Positions 1 to 10,122 are shown, counted from the stretch's first letter. The stretch: 64,000 nucleotides of DNA from Bacteroidota bacterium (GCA_027622005.1 JAQBZH010000001.1:24329-88328); one strand, 5' to 3'. Made by a program: numbers and translations. The notes: generated from the sequence alone by a model not told the origin.

Positions 1-1
1 A

Positions 2-328
2 GACGCTACTGGCGAAGATCTACCGTTCAGGGCCCGACACCAGTTCGTGACTTCGCTCGACTCCAAGATCTGGAGGACCATTACTGGTGGACTGGATTTC
101 AGATTTGCCAGTCAGCCCGATCGCGTCGAATCCGATTTTGCCCGATTCATCCCCGACGCTGAAATTACTGGGGACACGCGTGTGCTCGATCTACGCTTAT
201 CCGGGTCAAAAGGCCCGTTTGAAGTGGCGGTTATCGTCAACAACGCCCTTGAATATTATTACGTTGAACGCCCCGCGCTATTGGGGGCCCCCCGACGTTA
301 CACGCTTCGACTTACTTATCGTAAATAG
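2..328 (+). CDS. C-terminal fragment of a protein that starts upstream of the window (function unknown, possibly outer-membrane associated)
   Basis: Frame 2 is open from base 2 with no stop before 326-328. The listed 47..328 ORF is only its GTG-onward part. No recognisable motif. Confidence 0.4.
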   Translation, partial: DATGEDLPFRARHQFVTSLDSKIWRTITGGLDFRFASQPDRVESDFARFIPDAEITGDTRVLDLRLSGSKGPFEVAVIVNNALEYYYVERPALLGAPRRYTLRLTYRK

Positions 329-387
329 TCTTTTTTGACTGCGCTAGGCCGTTCGAAGCAGAAGGTCTTTGGCCCATCGAGTTTACT

Positions 388-921
388 CTACCAACCCATC
401 CGCTCCCGGAGCGCCGATATGTGTCGGACATGGTGCAGACCATGCCACGCATACATTTGCAAAATCAGATCCAGAGTCATGGGTCCGTTTTCCGGGTGAT
501 CCAGCGTGCGTCCATATTGATCCATGGACATGGCCTCAAGCGTAATCACCCACCTTTGATGGAGTCCGGCAAGCAATGCAACCGAAATTTCCGGTGGAGC
601 GGTTACAGAATCGGGCAGATGCGCCCAGGCGTTCTGATCGTAGGCCGTTACGCGTGGATTTTCCTCAGTCAGCGCCAAACGGACACGAATGAATGCGTTC
701 GCATGACTATCAAAGAGATGATGCACCAATTGCCTCACCGTCCAACCACCCTCTCGGTACGGCGTATCGAATTGAGCTGTAGACAGCCCGTTTACCGCTT
801 GCACCAGTTTTTCCGGACACGCAGCTATGGCCTCGATACAAGCCAAACGCTCAGCCTCAGATACGGAGAAGTGCGGTTTAAAACGACCGACCGGATACTT
901 CAGGTTTTCTAAATCAGACAT
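388..921 (-). CDS. DinB/YfiT-family putative metal-dependent hydrolase or thiol transferase
   Basis: 177 aa. Four-helix-bundle DinB pattern with conserved His residues (VHHLFDSH ... WHGLHHVRH). The length fits YfiT/BstA-like proteins. Confidence 0.75.
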   Translation of the reverse strand: MSDLENLKYPVGRFKPHFSVSEAERLACIEAIAACPEKLVQAVNGLSTAQFDTPYREGGWTVRQLVHHLFDSHANAFIRVRLALTEENPRVTAYDQNAWAHLPDSVTAPPEISVALLAGLHQRWVITLEAMSMDQYGRTLDHPENGPMTLDLILQMYAWHGLHHVRHISALRERMGW

Positions 922-939
922 CGCTTACGAGGGTACTAA

Positions 940-1290
940 TTAAACGGGCTGAAACACTCCAAAAAAGACCACCGCCAAAAACAAGCTGATGGCCACAATC
1001 CAACAAACGTTGACACTGAGCCGTTTCGAGTAACTTCCGAATCCGCCTAAGAGAAGCCAAAGTGTCAGTTTAGCCCATATCCACATCGGAAATGGCCAGC
1101 CAACTCCGAGTCGCGCCATCATCCCAAACCCAGCAACTAGCAAAAACAACAGCCCGACGCCGTGCATTAGACTAACGGGCTTCGGCGGTTTCATTTCGCC
1201 GGCTTGGCGCGAAAAAAGGACCCCGCCAATCGAAAGGGTGAGCAGAATCAGACCAATGAGATGAAGGTAGAGATAGATAGAATGCGGCAT
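940..1290 (-). CDS. small integral membrane protein (about 4 TM), function unknown
   Basis: 116 aa, almost entirely hydrophobic helices. 18-nt gap to the DinB-like gene on the same strand. Confidence 0.6.
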   Translation of the reverse strand: MPHSIYLYLHLIGLILLTLSIGGVLFSRQAGEMKPPKPVSLMHGVGLLFLLVAGFGMMARLGVGWPFPMWIWAKLTLWLLLGGFGSYSKRLSVNVCWIVAISLFLAVVFFGVFQPV

Positions 1291-1319
1291 AATACAAAGG
1301 GTTTGGGTGTGACTGTAAG

Positions 1320-2048
1320 TTAGTCTTTAATTCCGTGAATTAGGAACGCAGCTTCAAAAACCGCATCAAAAACTCCCGGGCCTGAAGAAAGCCATTTTTC
1401 AGGCATTTGACTAAGGTGCACATGCACGCTAGGAAAATCGGAAATCAGCTCTCTCGTTTTCCTTTTGGTGATTTCTGAAGTCTCAGGTTTATCGGAAGGA
1501 CTTAAAAGTAGAATAAGGTGCTGTAAATCTCCAAATTGCAGATCCGAAACGCCAACGATTCGGTCGCTCGAGGCAGGAGAATGCGTTGAATTTGCAGATA
1601 GACTCGTTCCTGACACCGATTTGGGCGACGAGTGGATGGGATCAAAAACGGCAGCCCTGTCCAAAATGTCCGGAACCCAGCGCCCAGGGGAAATCCAACT
1701 ATCTTGACGAAGTACAAGTGTCGTAGCTCGAATAAGATGTTGGGGGCTAGCTTTTCGATCAATTCCGATTCGATCCCTCAGTCTGCCAAGCTTTATCTCG
1801 TTGTCGGCCAACAGTTTCATGACCGCGTTTGGGTGGCCCGAGGCGACGCCGAGGGCCATAGCCTGCGAGCATATTTGCTTTAGCGTCTGCGGGTTCCAGT
1901 TGTAAACGGACGCTTTTTCAAAATCCTTTCGTTCCCTCGCACTGGCGTTCGGATTCTTTCCTTTTGTCAAATGATCCGCAGAGACAGATGAAGCCACCTT
2001 TTCGAGCCACAAATAAGCATCTGGGTGCATTCGGATGTCTTCGCTCAT
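1320..2048 (-). CDS. hypothetical protein, translationally coupled to the upstream amidase
   Basis: 242 aa with no signal peptide and no recognised motif. Its start overlaps the amidase stop by 4 nt (2045-2048). Confidence 0.55.
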   Translation of the reverse strand: MSEDIRMHPDAYLWLEKVASSVSADHLTKGKNPNASARERKDFEKASVYNWNPQTLKQICSQAMALGVASGHPNAVMKLLADNEIKLGRLRDRIGIDRKASPQHLIRATTLVLRQDSWISPGRWVPDILDRAAVFDPIHSSPKSVSGTSLSANSTHSPASSDRIVGVSDLQFGDLQHLILLLSPSDKPETSEITKRKTRELISDFPSVHVHLSQMPEKWLSSGPGVFDAVFEAAFLIHGIKD

Positions 2049-3778
2049 GCAATAGGCGGTCTTTGACGATGATGGTTTGTTTGATTTTGGATAAAATCGG
2101 CCACCGCTAGAACGGCCTCATCCTGATACAATTGGCCAATAATCGTGATGCTGTCTGGTTGCCTGCGAGCCGGATTTGGAGTATCAGTTACCGGTCTGAA
2201 GGCATTTGGGATTGTTATACTCGGGTGCCCCGTCAAATTAGTGATCCCAAGTCCATTTCCTCTAAAAGTGGGTGTTACGATCACATCCACGGATTCAAAC
2301 AAGGATGCCATTTGCTGCATCAACAGGGTCCTGGCTCTACTTGCGTTGATATAGTCTACCGCCGGAACGAATCGATGAGAACGGAAAGAATTAGGCCACG
2401 CCCCGGCCCCCTGACTAACCAATTCATTTACCCTCCCGGATAAGGTCAAGTCCTCAAACGCCGCCGATGCTTCAACGCTGAGCATAAACATTATCATCCC
2501 AGTATCCATATCGGGTAGCGCTACGGGTCTAAGTTTCACGCCTGAGGCTTGTAAGACGTCTAGTGTGGCTTGATCGGCTTTCTGATTGTCATATTCAGCA
2601 CTGAAACTGTCTTTTAAATATCCAACCCTCAAATCGTCGACTGATTTGGTCGACGGCCAGGAAAATGGTGTGGTTAGCGTCGTAGGGTCATTCGAGTCCG
2701 CCCCATGAATGGCCTGGAATACAAGCGCGCAGCATGCCGCACTTCGACACATTGGCCCTAATTTGTCCATCGTCCAGCTCAGCGTCATTGCTCCAACCCG
2801 ACTCACACGTCCAAAAGTCGGCCGATGTCCGGTCACTCCGTTTCTCGTGGATGGAGACACGATGGATCCTAGCGTTTCCGATCCGATGGCAAATCCGACC
2901 AAACCCGCGGCCACCGTAGATCCCGGTCCAGCGGAGGATCCACTTGAACCCTGATCGGGATTCCACGGATTTCGGGTTTTTTCGCCAAACCAAACATCGC
3001 CCTGGGCCAGGGCTCCTAGCGTCAATTTGGCTATTAAAACGGCACCTGCATCGTCGAGTCGGCGCACAACTTCGGCATCATAATCAAATGATTGATCCCT
3101 GTAGGGCATTGCACCCCAGGTAGTTACATAGCCCTTCACCGCCAAAAGGTCTTTTGCTCCCCAGGGAATTCCGTGAAGGGGACCGCGCCAATATCCAGCA
3201 TCCAATTCGGCGTCAGCGGCCCTGGCCTGCCTGAGCGCCCGCTCTTCTGTCAGGGTAACTACAGCGTGCAGCACCCCATCATATTTTTTTAGGCGAGAGA
3301 GATACAAGTGAGTCAGTTCCAGAGAAGTAACCTGCCTGTATCTTAGAAGCGAGGACAATTCCGGGACCGTCATGAATGCGAGATCCTCGTCCGACGCCGG
3401 GCGGTCGACTTTTGGAGGCTGCCATAAATTGGGCTCTTTTTGATTCAAACGATGGGCTTTTACTCCCCCGATTTGGGGATCGAAAACCATCGAAGGAATG
3501 ACCGAATTAGGCATTTTCAATTCGTGCAGCTTCCCAAAATTGGTTCGAATGCGTTCCAAATTTTGCAACATGAGCTTTCGTTCTTCGGGAGTGAACGAAA
3601 TACCTGCCAATAACTCGGCCGCTTCAATTTGTTCGACTGTAATGTCGCTTGCCCCTTTCGTTTGCGCATACAAGACGCCGGGAAACAAGGTGCTACTGGC
3701 TCCTACTAAGGCGGAAGCCTCTAAAAACGACCTTCTGGTATAATTTCCCATGGAATCTCCTTTTACATCTTTCGTCAA
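2045..3778 (-). CDS. amidase-signature family amidase with a Tat-type signal peptide
   Basis: 577 aa. N-terminal RRSFLEASALVGAS twin-arginine motif. Gly/Ser-rich amidase signature (GSSGSSAGPGSTVAAGL ... GSETLGSI). The more likely start is the internal MGNYTRRSFL at 3751. Confidence 0.85.
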   Translation of the reverse strand: MTKDVKGDSMGNYTRRSFLEASALVGASSTLFPGVLYAQTKGASDITVEQIEAAELLAGISFTPEERKLMLQNLERIRTNFGKLHELKMPNSVIPSMVFDPQIGGVKAHRLNQKEPNLWQPPKVDRPASDEDLAFMTVPELSSLLRYRQVTSLELTHLYLSRLKKYDGVLHAVVTLTEERALRQARAADAELDAGYWRGPLHGIPWGAKDLLAVKGYVTTWGAMPYRDQSFDYDAEVVRRLDDAGAVLIAKLTLGALAQGDVWFGEKTRNPWNPDQGSSGSSAGPGSTVAAGLVGFAIGSETLGSIVSPSTRNGVTGHRPTFGRVSRVGAMTLSWTMDKLGPMCRSAACCALVFQAIHGADSNDPTTLTTPFSWPSTKSVDDLRVGYLKDSFSAEYDNQKADQATLDVLQASGVKLRPVALPDMDTGMIMFMLSVEASAAFEDLTLSGRVNELVSQGAGAWPNSFRSHRFVPAVDYINASRARTLLMQQMASLFESVDVIVTPTFRGNGLGITNLTGHPSITIPNAFRPVTDTPNPARRQPDSITIIGQLYQDEAVLAVADFIQNQTNHHRQRPPIA

Positions 3779-3821
3779 TGAAGCGGGCCAAGGATCCGAA
3801 ATTTACCGGAAGCGGAGGCCT

Positions 3822-5843
3822 TTACAATTGGCTTTTTACGGCGGCTACTACCTTCTCAGGTGTCAATCCAAAATGATTGAAGAGTTCGGGAGCGGGTCCG
3901 GATGCTCCAAAGCTGTTAATTCCGATAGAGATCCCTTTCGGGCCCAAATAGCGCTCCCAGCCAAAGGTAATTCCGGCTTCGATCGAGACTCGAACGTCCA
4001 CATCTGTCGGTAGGACGGACTCCCGATAGGCTCGGTCCTGGGCTTCAAAGTTTTCCCAACATGGCATCGAAACGACCGACGCTTCCACCCCGGTTGCGAC
4101 TAACATTTCGGCAGCTTTGACAGCAATCTCTACCTCACTCCCCGTTGCCATGATCAGCGCTGCCGCTTTCCCTTTTGCCTTTCGAACCACATACGCACCC
4201 TTTTTCACCATCTCAACCACCTTGCGCACGTCAGCGTTCATGGTTGGCAAATTCTGACGAGAAAGCGCCAAAAGTGAAGGTCCCTTAGTGTTTTCTAGTG
4301 CACAGACCCAGGCAGCAGCCGTTTCCGGTCCATCGGCCGGACGGAAAAAGGAGCAATTGGGAATGGCCCGAAGCGCCATAAAGTGTTCAATTGGCTGGTG
4401 GGTTGGGCCGTCTTCTCCTAAGCCAATTGAATCATGGGTTAGTACATAAGTCACACCCAAACCCATCAACGCGCTTAACCGAATGGCTGGGCGCATATAG
4501 TCGCTAAATACTAAAAATGTGCCATTGTACGACCTTAGTCCGCCGTGTAGCTCCATCCCATTGCAAATCGACGCCATGGCATGTTCTCGAACCCCGAAAA
4601 AGAAGTAACCACCTTCCGGGGAGCTCGCCTGGTAGTCTTTTCGCCCAGGGATGTTAGTCAAATTGGAGCCGGTTAAATCGGCGGAGCCCCCGATCAAAAA
4701 AGGAACGTCTTTGGAAATAGCGGCCAAAACCTTCCCGCTGGCTGCGCGCGTGGCCACGGAAGATCCGGCCTCAAAAGCGGGCAGGATATCAACCAAATTA
4801 GCGGGAAGTTGCCTCAAAGACCACTGGTTCCAAGAGCTAGCCAGGTCTGGGTGCTTGTCTTTGTAGTCCAACATCATCCGATCCCAAGCGTTTCTCTTTT
4901 CGGCTCCCCGCGTAGCAATCGATCCCATATGACTTTTCACTTCGGCTGGGACGAGAAACGTTGGTTCTTGTGGCCAACCCAAAGCGTCTTTAGTCAACTT
5001 TATTTCGGCTTCCCCTAAAGGCGAACCATGAGAGGAGGCCGTTCCTCCTTTATTGGGGCTTCCATATCCAATAACCGTCCGCACTCGAATGATGGTCGGT
5101 TTGCCGGATTCAGCTTTCCCGGCTTCAATAGCCGCGTGAATTCCGGCAATATCGTTTCCATCTTTTACGTCTAAGACCTGCCATCCGTAGGCCCTAAAAC
5201 GCCCCGTCACATCCTCCGTAAAAGACAACTCCGTCGAGCCATCGATACTGATTTTGTTGTCGTCGTAGAGGTAGATGAGTTTTCCAAGCTTTAGATGGCC
5301 CGCGAGCGAAGCCGCTTCGTGAGAAATACCCTCCATCAAATCGCCGTCAGAGACAATGGCATAGGTGAAGTGATTCACGACGTCGAATCCGGGCCTGTTG
5401 AATGTCGCTGCCAAATGTGACTCGGCGATGGCCATTCCCACACCGTTGGCAAATCCTTGTCCAAGCGGTCCCGTAGTTGTTTCGATACCTGCTGTATGGA
5501 AATTTTCAGGGTGACCGGGCGTTTTACTTCCCAATTGCCTGAAATTTTTCAGGTCTTCGATAGATAAGTCAAACCCAGTTAAATGCAGTAGGCTATAAAT
5601 CAGCATCGATCCATGGCCAGCCGACAGTACAAATCGATCGCGATTGGACCAAGAAGGAGCACTTGGATCGATACTAAGGTGATTTTGCCACGTAACGTAG
5701 GCCATGGGAGCGGCTCCCATCGGCATACCTGGATGCCCCGAATTCGCTTTTTGAACCGCATCTACGGCTAAAAAGCGAATGGTGTTGATGGAATTTAGAG
5801 CCAGATTGGCATCAAAAACAGGCGCGTCAGGTCCGTTGGGCAT
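3822..5843 (-). CDS. tkt: transketolase
   Basis: 673 aa. Full-length transketolase pattern ([39 protein letters not shown]). Confidence 0.97.
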   Translation of the reverse strand: MPNGPDAPVFDANLALNSINTIRFLAVDAVQKANSGHPGMPMGAAPMAYVTWQNHLSIDPSAPSWSNRDRFVLSAGHGSMLIYSLLHLTGFDLSIEDLKNFRQLGSKTPGHPENFHTAGIETTTGPLGQGFANGVGMAIAESHLAATFNRPGFDVVNHFTYAIVSDGDLMEGISHEAASLAGHLKLGKLIYLYDDNKISIDGSTELSFTEDVTGRFRAYGWQVLDVKDGNDIAGIHAAIEAGKAESGKPTIIRVRTVIGYGSPNKGGTASSHGSPLGEAEIKLTKDALGWPQEPTFLVPAEVKSHMGSIATRGAEKRNAWDRMMLDYKDKHPDLASSWNQWSLRQLPANLVDILPAFEAGSSVATRAASGKVLAAISKDVPFLIGGSADLTGSNLTNIPGRKDYQASSPEGGYFFFGVREHAMASICNGMELHGGLRSYNGTFLVFSDYMRPAIRLSALMGLGVTYVLTHDSIGLGEDGPTHQPIEHFMALRAIPNCSFFRPADGPETAAAWVCALENTKGPSLLALSRQNLPTMNADVRKVVEMVKKGAYVVRKAKGKAAALIMATGSEVEIAVKAAEMLVATGVEASVVSMPCWENFEAQDRAYRESVLPTDVDVRVSIEAGITFGWERYLGPKGISIGINSFGASGPAPELFNHFGLTPEKVVAAVKSQL

Positions 5844-5972
5844 CGACTAGTACAAGTAGAAATGATTTGGTAGTTCGCCCAATCCAGTAGTCAGACTGAC
5901 CCTTTCAAATGGACTCTCGGAAACTACAAATCGGAGGACCCTAAAATCACCTATTGTGGAAAGATAGCTGAC

Positions 5973-6638
5973 TTAGCCTTGTTTTAATCTGGCCGCTTCT
6001 TTTTTGATCAATTCGTTGATGCAGGCGAGAGACTTGGATCCGCCATCAACAAACTTGCCATTAATCATTAAGGCGGGGGTACCGCGGACTCCAAGGTCGG
6101 AAATCTCCTGACGACGAGCCAAGATTCCGGCTCGGTATTGGCCCTTCTCCATCTGCGATTTAAACTTCACCGCGTCGAGTCCAATATCTTTAGCCAAATT
6201 GGTCAATTCGGTGACCGAAAGCCCCCCGGACTTTTGATGGTCATATTGAGCATCTAACATTTCAAAATACTTGCCCTCCCCGGCTGCAACGAACAATGCC
6301 TCCGCCTGAGGAACGGAATAGGGCCACAACACAAACGGAACCATGTAAAAGCGCGCGGATTTTCGATTCGCTGCAATCACATTTTTCATGATCGGGTGGA
6401 GTGTTTTACAATGCGGACAATTGGGGTCGAAGTATTCAATGACCGTTACTTTCGAGCTCATGTTTCCCTGAAACGGATCCGAAATAGTAACCAACTTCAT
6501 GAAATCCTTCACTTCAGGGATTTCCTTTGTGAAGGCGCATTCGTCCGTAGAAACGGTCGATACAGTCACATCTTGATCCGATTGAACCAACATGAGGCCA
6601 ACAAGAAGGAGCGGGAAAAGGGAAATTCGAAGATTCAT
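5973..6638 (-). CDS. DsbA/thioredoxin-fold thiol:disulfide oxidoreductase, secreted
   Basis: 221 aa. N-terminal signal peptide and a CPHC active site in a DsbA-like context. Confidence 0.8.
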   Translation of the reverse strand: MNLRISLFPLLLVGLMLVQSDQDVTVSTVSTDECAFTKEIPEVKDFMKLVTISDPFQGNMSSKVTVIEYFDPNCPHCKTLHPIMKNVIAANRKSARFYMVPFVLWPYSVPQAEALFVAAGEGKYFEMLDAQYDHQKSGGLSVTELTNLAKDIGLDAVKFKSQMEKGQYRAGILARRQEISDLGVRGTPALMINGKFVDGGSKSLACINELIKKEAARLKQG

Positions 6639-6893
6639 GATTTGGAGGGGATTTTGAGTGATAGCTTTTGTTATCGACCACTGCGGGATTCAGATTAACA
6701 ACGCAACACGTCGTTTCCAGAGAGCATTATTGAGGGGGACATACCCTTAAACACCTTTGAATGATCCGATTGGCATTTGTAGAACTTTTTAAATTCTTCC
6801 CTACTTTGCAGCTCGGGTTGAAGCCAGCTACGATACAACCCAGGAAGATCTCACGTACGAAAGCCTTTGCGACCACCTTTGCGATATCGGCCC

Positions 6894-7808
6894 ATGATGG
6901 AAGAGTTTTTTAAAAATGAGTTTTCGACCCACATTCTCGTCACGGCTGGGATTGTGGTCTCGGCATTCATTTTAGTCAAACTGAGCAAGCGTTTTGCCCG
7001 AAGCTATTTTGACGACCCCGAAAAGGTTTATCGCTCTTCCAAATCTGCACGAAGGCTGGCCATTTTCCTTACGGTTGTTGCATCGGTAATCGTATGGTCA
7101 CCGGGTTTTGGCGATTTTGTTACGCTGCTTACAGTGATCGGTGCGGGGATGGCCATCGCTCTGAGAGAAGTGCTCCTTTCGGTGGCCGGTTGGGCGCGAA
7201 TAACCGTCTATTCCGCTCTCAAAGAAGGGGATCGGGTCGAAATTAACGGAATTCGAGGGGACGTTGTTGATGTTCGAATGCTACGCACGTCGCTTATGGA
7301 AGTCGGAGGATGGGTGGACGCCGATCAAAGCACCGGACGATTGGTGCATTTCCCTAACAGTTGGCTTTTCGAATTCGCCCTCTTCAATTACACCCGGGCC
7401 TTCAAGTTTATTTGGAACGAACTGCCGGTCGTGGTAACGTTTCGTTCGGATTGGCGTGCTGCCCGGGATATCATGCAAAAGTACGCCCAAGAATCGGCAC
7501 AGATTATTGAACAGCAGGCTCGACAAGAAATACACGAGGTTTCGAAGGAATTCCTGGTACACTATTCCATTTTGACGCCCTTTGTCTACGTAAAAATTGA
7601 TCGAGATGGCGTAGAACTGACGCTTCGATACCTTTGCGAGGCCCGCAAACGACGCGGAACCGAGCATGCGTTGACCGAAATGATCCTAGACGAATTCAAA
7701 AATCACCCCAATATCGAGTTGGCTTACCGCTCGATTTCGGTCGTCTCTCGAAGTGATCTTCAATTTGAAGGAATGCCTTCAAAATCAACATCTTCCTCGG
7801 CTGAATGA
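6894..7808 (+). CDS. small-conductance mechanosensitive channel (MscS family)
   Basis: N-terminal TM helices followed by an MscS beta-domain pattern (GDRVEINGIRGDVVDVRMLRTSLME ... VHFPNS). The ORF is open from 6867. ATG 6894 was chosen as the start. Confidence 0.8.
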   Translation: MMEEFFKNEFSTHILVTAGIVVSAFILVKLSKRFARSYFDDPEKVYRSSKSARRLAIFLTVVASVIVWSPGFGDFVTLLTVIGAGMAIALREVLLSVAGWARITVYSALKEGDRVEINGIRGDVVDVRMLRTSLMEVGGWVDADQSTGRLVHFPNSWLFEFALFNYTRAFKFIWNELPVVVTFRSDWRAARDIMQKYAQESAQIIEQQARQEIHEVSKEFLVHYSILTPFVYVKIDRDGVELTLRYLCEARKRRGTEHALTEMILDEFKNHPNIELAYRSISVVSRSDLQFEGMPSKSTSSSAE

Positions 7809-7852
7809 AAGGGCGCATTTAGACGTAAATTTACTTGAATCAGCTCTACCAT

Positions 7853-7881
7853 TTGACCCTTCTATAATCAAGATTTATATT
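7853..7881 (+). promoter_or_regulatory. sigma70-like promoter of the trp operon (TTGACC-N17-TATATT)
   Basis: -35 TTGACC at 7853-7858 and -10 TATATT at 7876-7881 with an exact 17-nt spacer. It lies just upstream of the leader ORF. Confidence 0.5.
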
Positions 7882-7908
7882 CTCAGGATGAAAATCGGCA
7901 TCGGACAT

Positions 7909-7971
7909 ATGAGCGCTCAGAACAGTTGGTGGTGGCACGTCAGAAACCGCTGTAACGGGTATATGCTGTAA
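7909..7971 (+). CDS. trpL: trp operon leader peptide (MSAQNSWWWHVRNRCNGYML), three consecutive Trp codons
   Basis: TGG TGG TGG at 7927-7935. The stop is at 7969-7971, which is 35 nt upstream of the terminator hairpin. An in-frame upstream ATG at 7888 would give a 27-aa version. Confidence 0.75.
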   Translation: MSAQNSWWWHVRNRCNGYML

Positions 7972-8014
7972 TTCGAATCGACTCCTCGTACAATGAATTT
8001 GCGCCGCCCGTTAC
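7952..8014 (+). promoter_or_regulatory. trp attenuator antiterminator pairing
   Basis: GTAACGGG (7952-7959) is the perfect complement of CCCGTTAC (8007-8014), the 5' arm of the terminator. Segment 7952-7959 lies inside the leader ORF, downstream of the Trp codons. Confidence 0.65.
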
Positions 8015-8040
8015 CTCACCGTGACGGGCTTTTTTTGTTT
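8006..8040 (+). terminator. Rho-independent terminator (trp attenuator)
   Basis: 9-bp stem 8006-8014 / 8021-8029 (GCCCGTTAC / GTGACGGGC, one G-U pair), 6-nt loop, then TTTTTTTGTTTT. It lies 27 nt upstream of the trpE start. Confidence 0.8.
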
Positions 8041-8066
8041 TCACCCTATTTCTACTAGAAATCGCC

Positions 8067-9563
8067 TTGCAAACTTTTTCTGACTTCCAAACACAAGTTG
8101 ATAAGGCCAGGGCAAGTGGTGCACAACACTTGGTTTTACCGATTCATAGAAGGCTCGGCGCCGATTTGCTAACTCCTGTGAGTGCCTTTTTTCAGCTTCG
8201 CCAAGACGCTCGTTCGCCCTTTCTGTTGGAATCGGTCGAGGGGGGCGAAAAGCTTGCGCGTTACTCCTTCCTTGGCAGGAATCCGTACTTGACGGTGACG
8301 GCCACCGGATCGGTCACCACCCTTCGGTATTCGGATCCATCCAAAGAGCCTGAAATCCACCATTTGGATGTTTTTGCTGTTTTGTCGGAATTGATGAGCC
8401 GATATACGGAAATCGCTTCTCCCCAGCTACCTCGCCTAACGGGAGGGGCAGTGGGATATTTTTCGTACGATTGTGTTCGGTTGATTGAACGCCTCCCAAC
8501 CCGTCATTCGAATGAACTAAACGTTCCTGACGCCATTTGGTGTTTTTATGATACAGTCGCGGCATTCGATCACGTCAAACACCAACTCATATTGATGGCA
8601 AGTGCCTTCGTCAATCCTGGAGATGACCTTCAAAGTCTTTATCTGGCGGCTGTTCAAAAATTGGATGATCTTGAATCCACGTTTTCCAAGCCCGTCGTAC
8701 CGGGATCGGATCGTGTTGTATTACATGGTGACATCACTTCAAACTTCGAACGATCTGAATTCGAAGAAGCGGTTCGAACGGCTAAAGGTCGGATATACGA
8801 GGGGGATATCTTTCAGGTAGTTCTCAGCCAACGATTTGGTTCAAAGTTTTCCGGCGATCCATTCAACTTGTACCGGGCTCTGCGTCAAGTAAACCCCTCC
8901 CCCTACCTGTTTTATCTCGATTTTGATGATTTTAAGCTGGTCGGATCTTCACCGGAAGTGTTGGTTCGGGTAGAAAATGGACGTGCCGAACTCCTTCCGA
9001 TAGCCGGTACGAGGCCAAGATCGGAGGTCGACGAAGAGGATTTACAACTTGAAAAGGACTTATTGGCCGACGCTAAGGAGCGAGCGGAGCATCTCATGCT
9101 GGTTGATTTAGGCAGAAACGATCTGGGAAGGATTAGCCAGTATGGATCAGTTCAAGTCGATAAATATGCCTATGTGGAGCGATTCTCGCATGTTATGCAC
9201 ATTGTGTCGGCGGTTTCGGGAGAAATACGCGAAGGTGCAAACGTCATGGACGTTTTAAAAGCCTGTTTTCCTGCGGGTACGGTCAGCGGTGCACCTAAAG
9301 TGCGTGCCATGGAAATCATTGACGAACTAGAGCCAACCCGAAGAGGTGTTTACGCGGGGGCTGTCGGATATTTGGATTTTCGCGGCAATCTTGACACCTG
9401 TATTACCATCCGGACCATGCTGGTGCAAGGCGACTCCGTCTTCATCCAAGCCGGTGCCGGCATTGTGGCTGATAGCGATCCATCAACCGAATATGAAGAA
9501 ACCCGATCGAAAGCTATGGCACTTCACAAAGCCATGAATGTGGCCGCCGGAGAACTGTTATAA
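8067..9563 (+). CDS. trpE: anthranilate synthase component I
   Basis: 498 aa. TrpE/chorismate-binding motifs (LLESVEGGE, GDIFQVVLSQRF, GTVSGAPKVRAMEII, GAGIVADS). Confidence 0.95.
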   Translation: MQTFSDFQTQVDKARASGAQHLVLPIHRRLGADLLTPVSAFFQLRQDARSPFLLESVEGGEKLARYSFLGRNPYLTVTATGSVTTLRYSDPSKEPEIHHLDVFAVLSELMSRYTEIASPQLPRLTGGAVGYFSYDCVRLIERLPTRHSNELNVPDAIWCFYDTVAAFDHVKHQLILMASAFVNPGDDLQSLYLAAVQKLDDLESTFSKPVVPGSDRVVLHGDITSNFERSEFEEAVRTAKGRIYEGDIFQVVLSQRFGSKFSGDPFNLYRALRQVNPSPYLFYLDFDDFKLVGSSPEVLVRVENGRAELLPIAGTRPRSEVDEEDLQLEKDLLADAKERAEHLMLVDLGRNDLGRISQYGSVQVDKYAYVERFSHVMHIVSAVSGEIREGANVMDVLKACFPAGTVSGAPKVRAMEIIDELEPTRRGVYAGAVGYLDFRGNLDTCITIRTMLVQGDSVFIQAGAGIVADSDPSTEYEETRSKAMALHKAMNVAAGELL

Positions 9564-9681
9564 TCGACAAACCTTTCACGTTAACCTCAGAATTCTATCA
9601 CCCGGAATTGACGCAAACGGCGTACCTTTCCATCAAATGATTTCTACAGGGCACTCATCCTAATTTATTCTAGGTTTTGAC

Positions 9682-10122
9682 ATGGGCTTAAAAGATTTAC
9701 TCCTGAAACAAGGTTGGGCTGGCAAGACCATCGGTCGATCTGAAACGATAGAATTGTTAAACCCCATCATTCGAACGAAGAATGAACTCATGCAGTGCCT
9801 TAATGCGCTTTCAGCGGCTTCAACCGATGCGGACCAACGCGTCCGATTGGAGGCTTCGCTTAGAACGCTCCGCATGGATATCGGTAAGTTATGTGAAACC
9901 GTATTTAGCTGCGGAGGCATTGCCTATTCAGGGACCGATCTAAGCCCGAGTGACTTCGCGGAAGCCACGGGTGCACAGGTTGTTGCATTGGAGCAGGTCT
10001 TGGCAGGCCAGTTGGCTGATCAGCAGAAAATTGAACACCAAATGAGAACCCGTGCCATTTTGGGCGTTTTGGAAGAAAACCAACGCTCAAGAAAGAACTC
10101 ACTTCGCGGTCTTGGGTCCTGA
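9682..10122 (+). CDS. hypothetical, predicted helical protein embedded in the trp operon
   Basis: 146 aa with no recognised motif. Same strand, between trpE and trpS. Confidence 0.55.
   Translation: MGLKDLLLKQGWAGKTIGRSETIELLNPIIRTKNELMQCLNALSAASTDADQRVRLEASLRTLRMDIGKLCETVFSCGGIAYSGTDLSPSDFAEATGAQVVALEQVLAGQLADQQKIEHQMRTRAILGVLEENQRSRKNSLRGLGS

Noticed and set aside
421-912. 163-aa plus-strand ORF
   Set aside because: It is antisense to the DinB/YfiT-family gene, which carries the recognisable His motifs.
7863-7868. Perfect TATAAT hexamer upstream of the trp leader
   Set aside because: The available -35-like hexamers lie 22 nt (TTGAAT) or 4 nt (TTGACC) away from it. TTGACC pairs with TATATT at the ideal 17-nt spacing instead.
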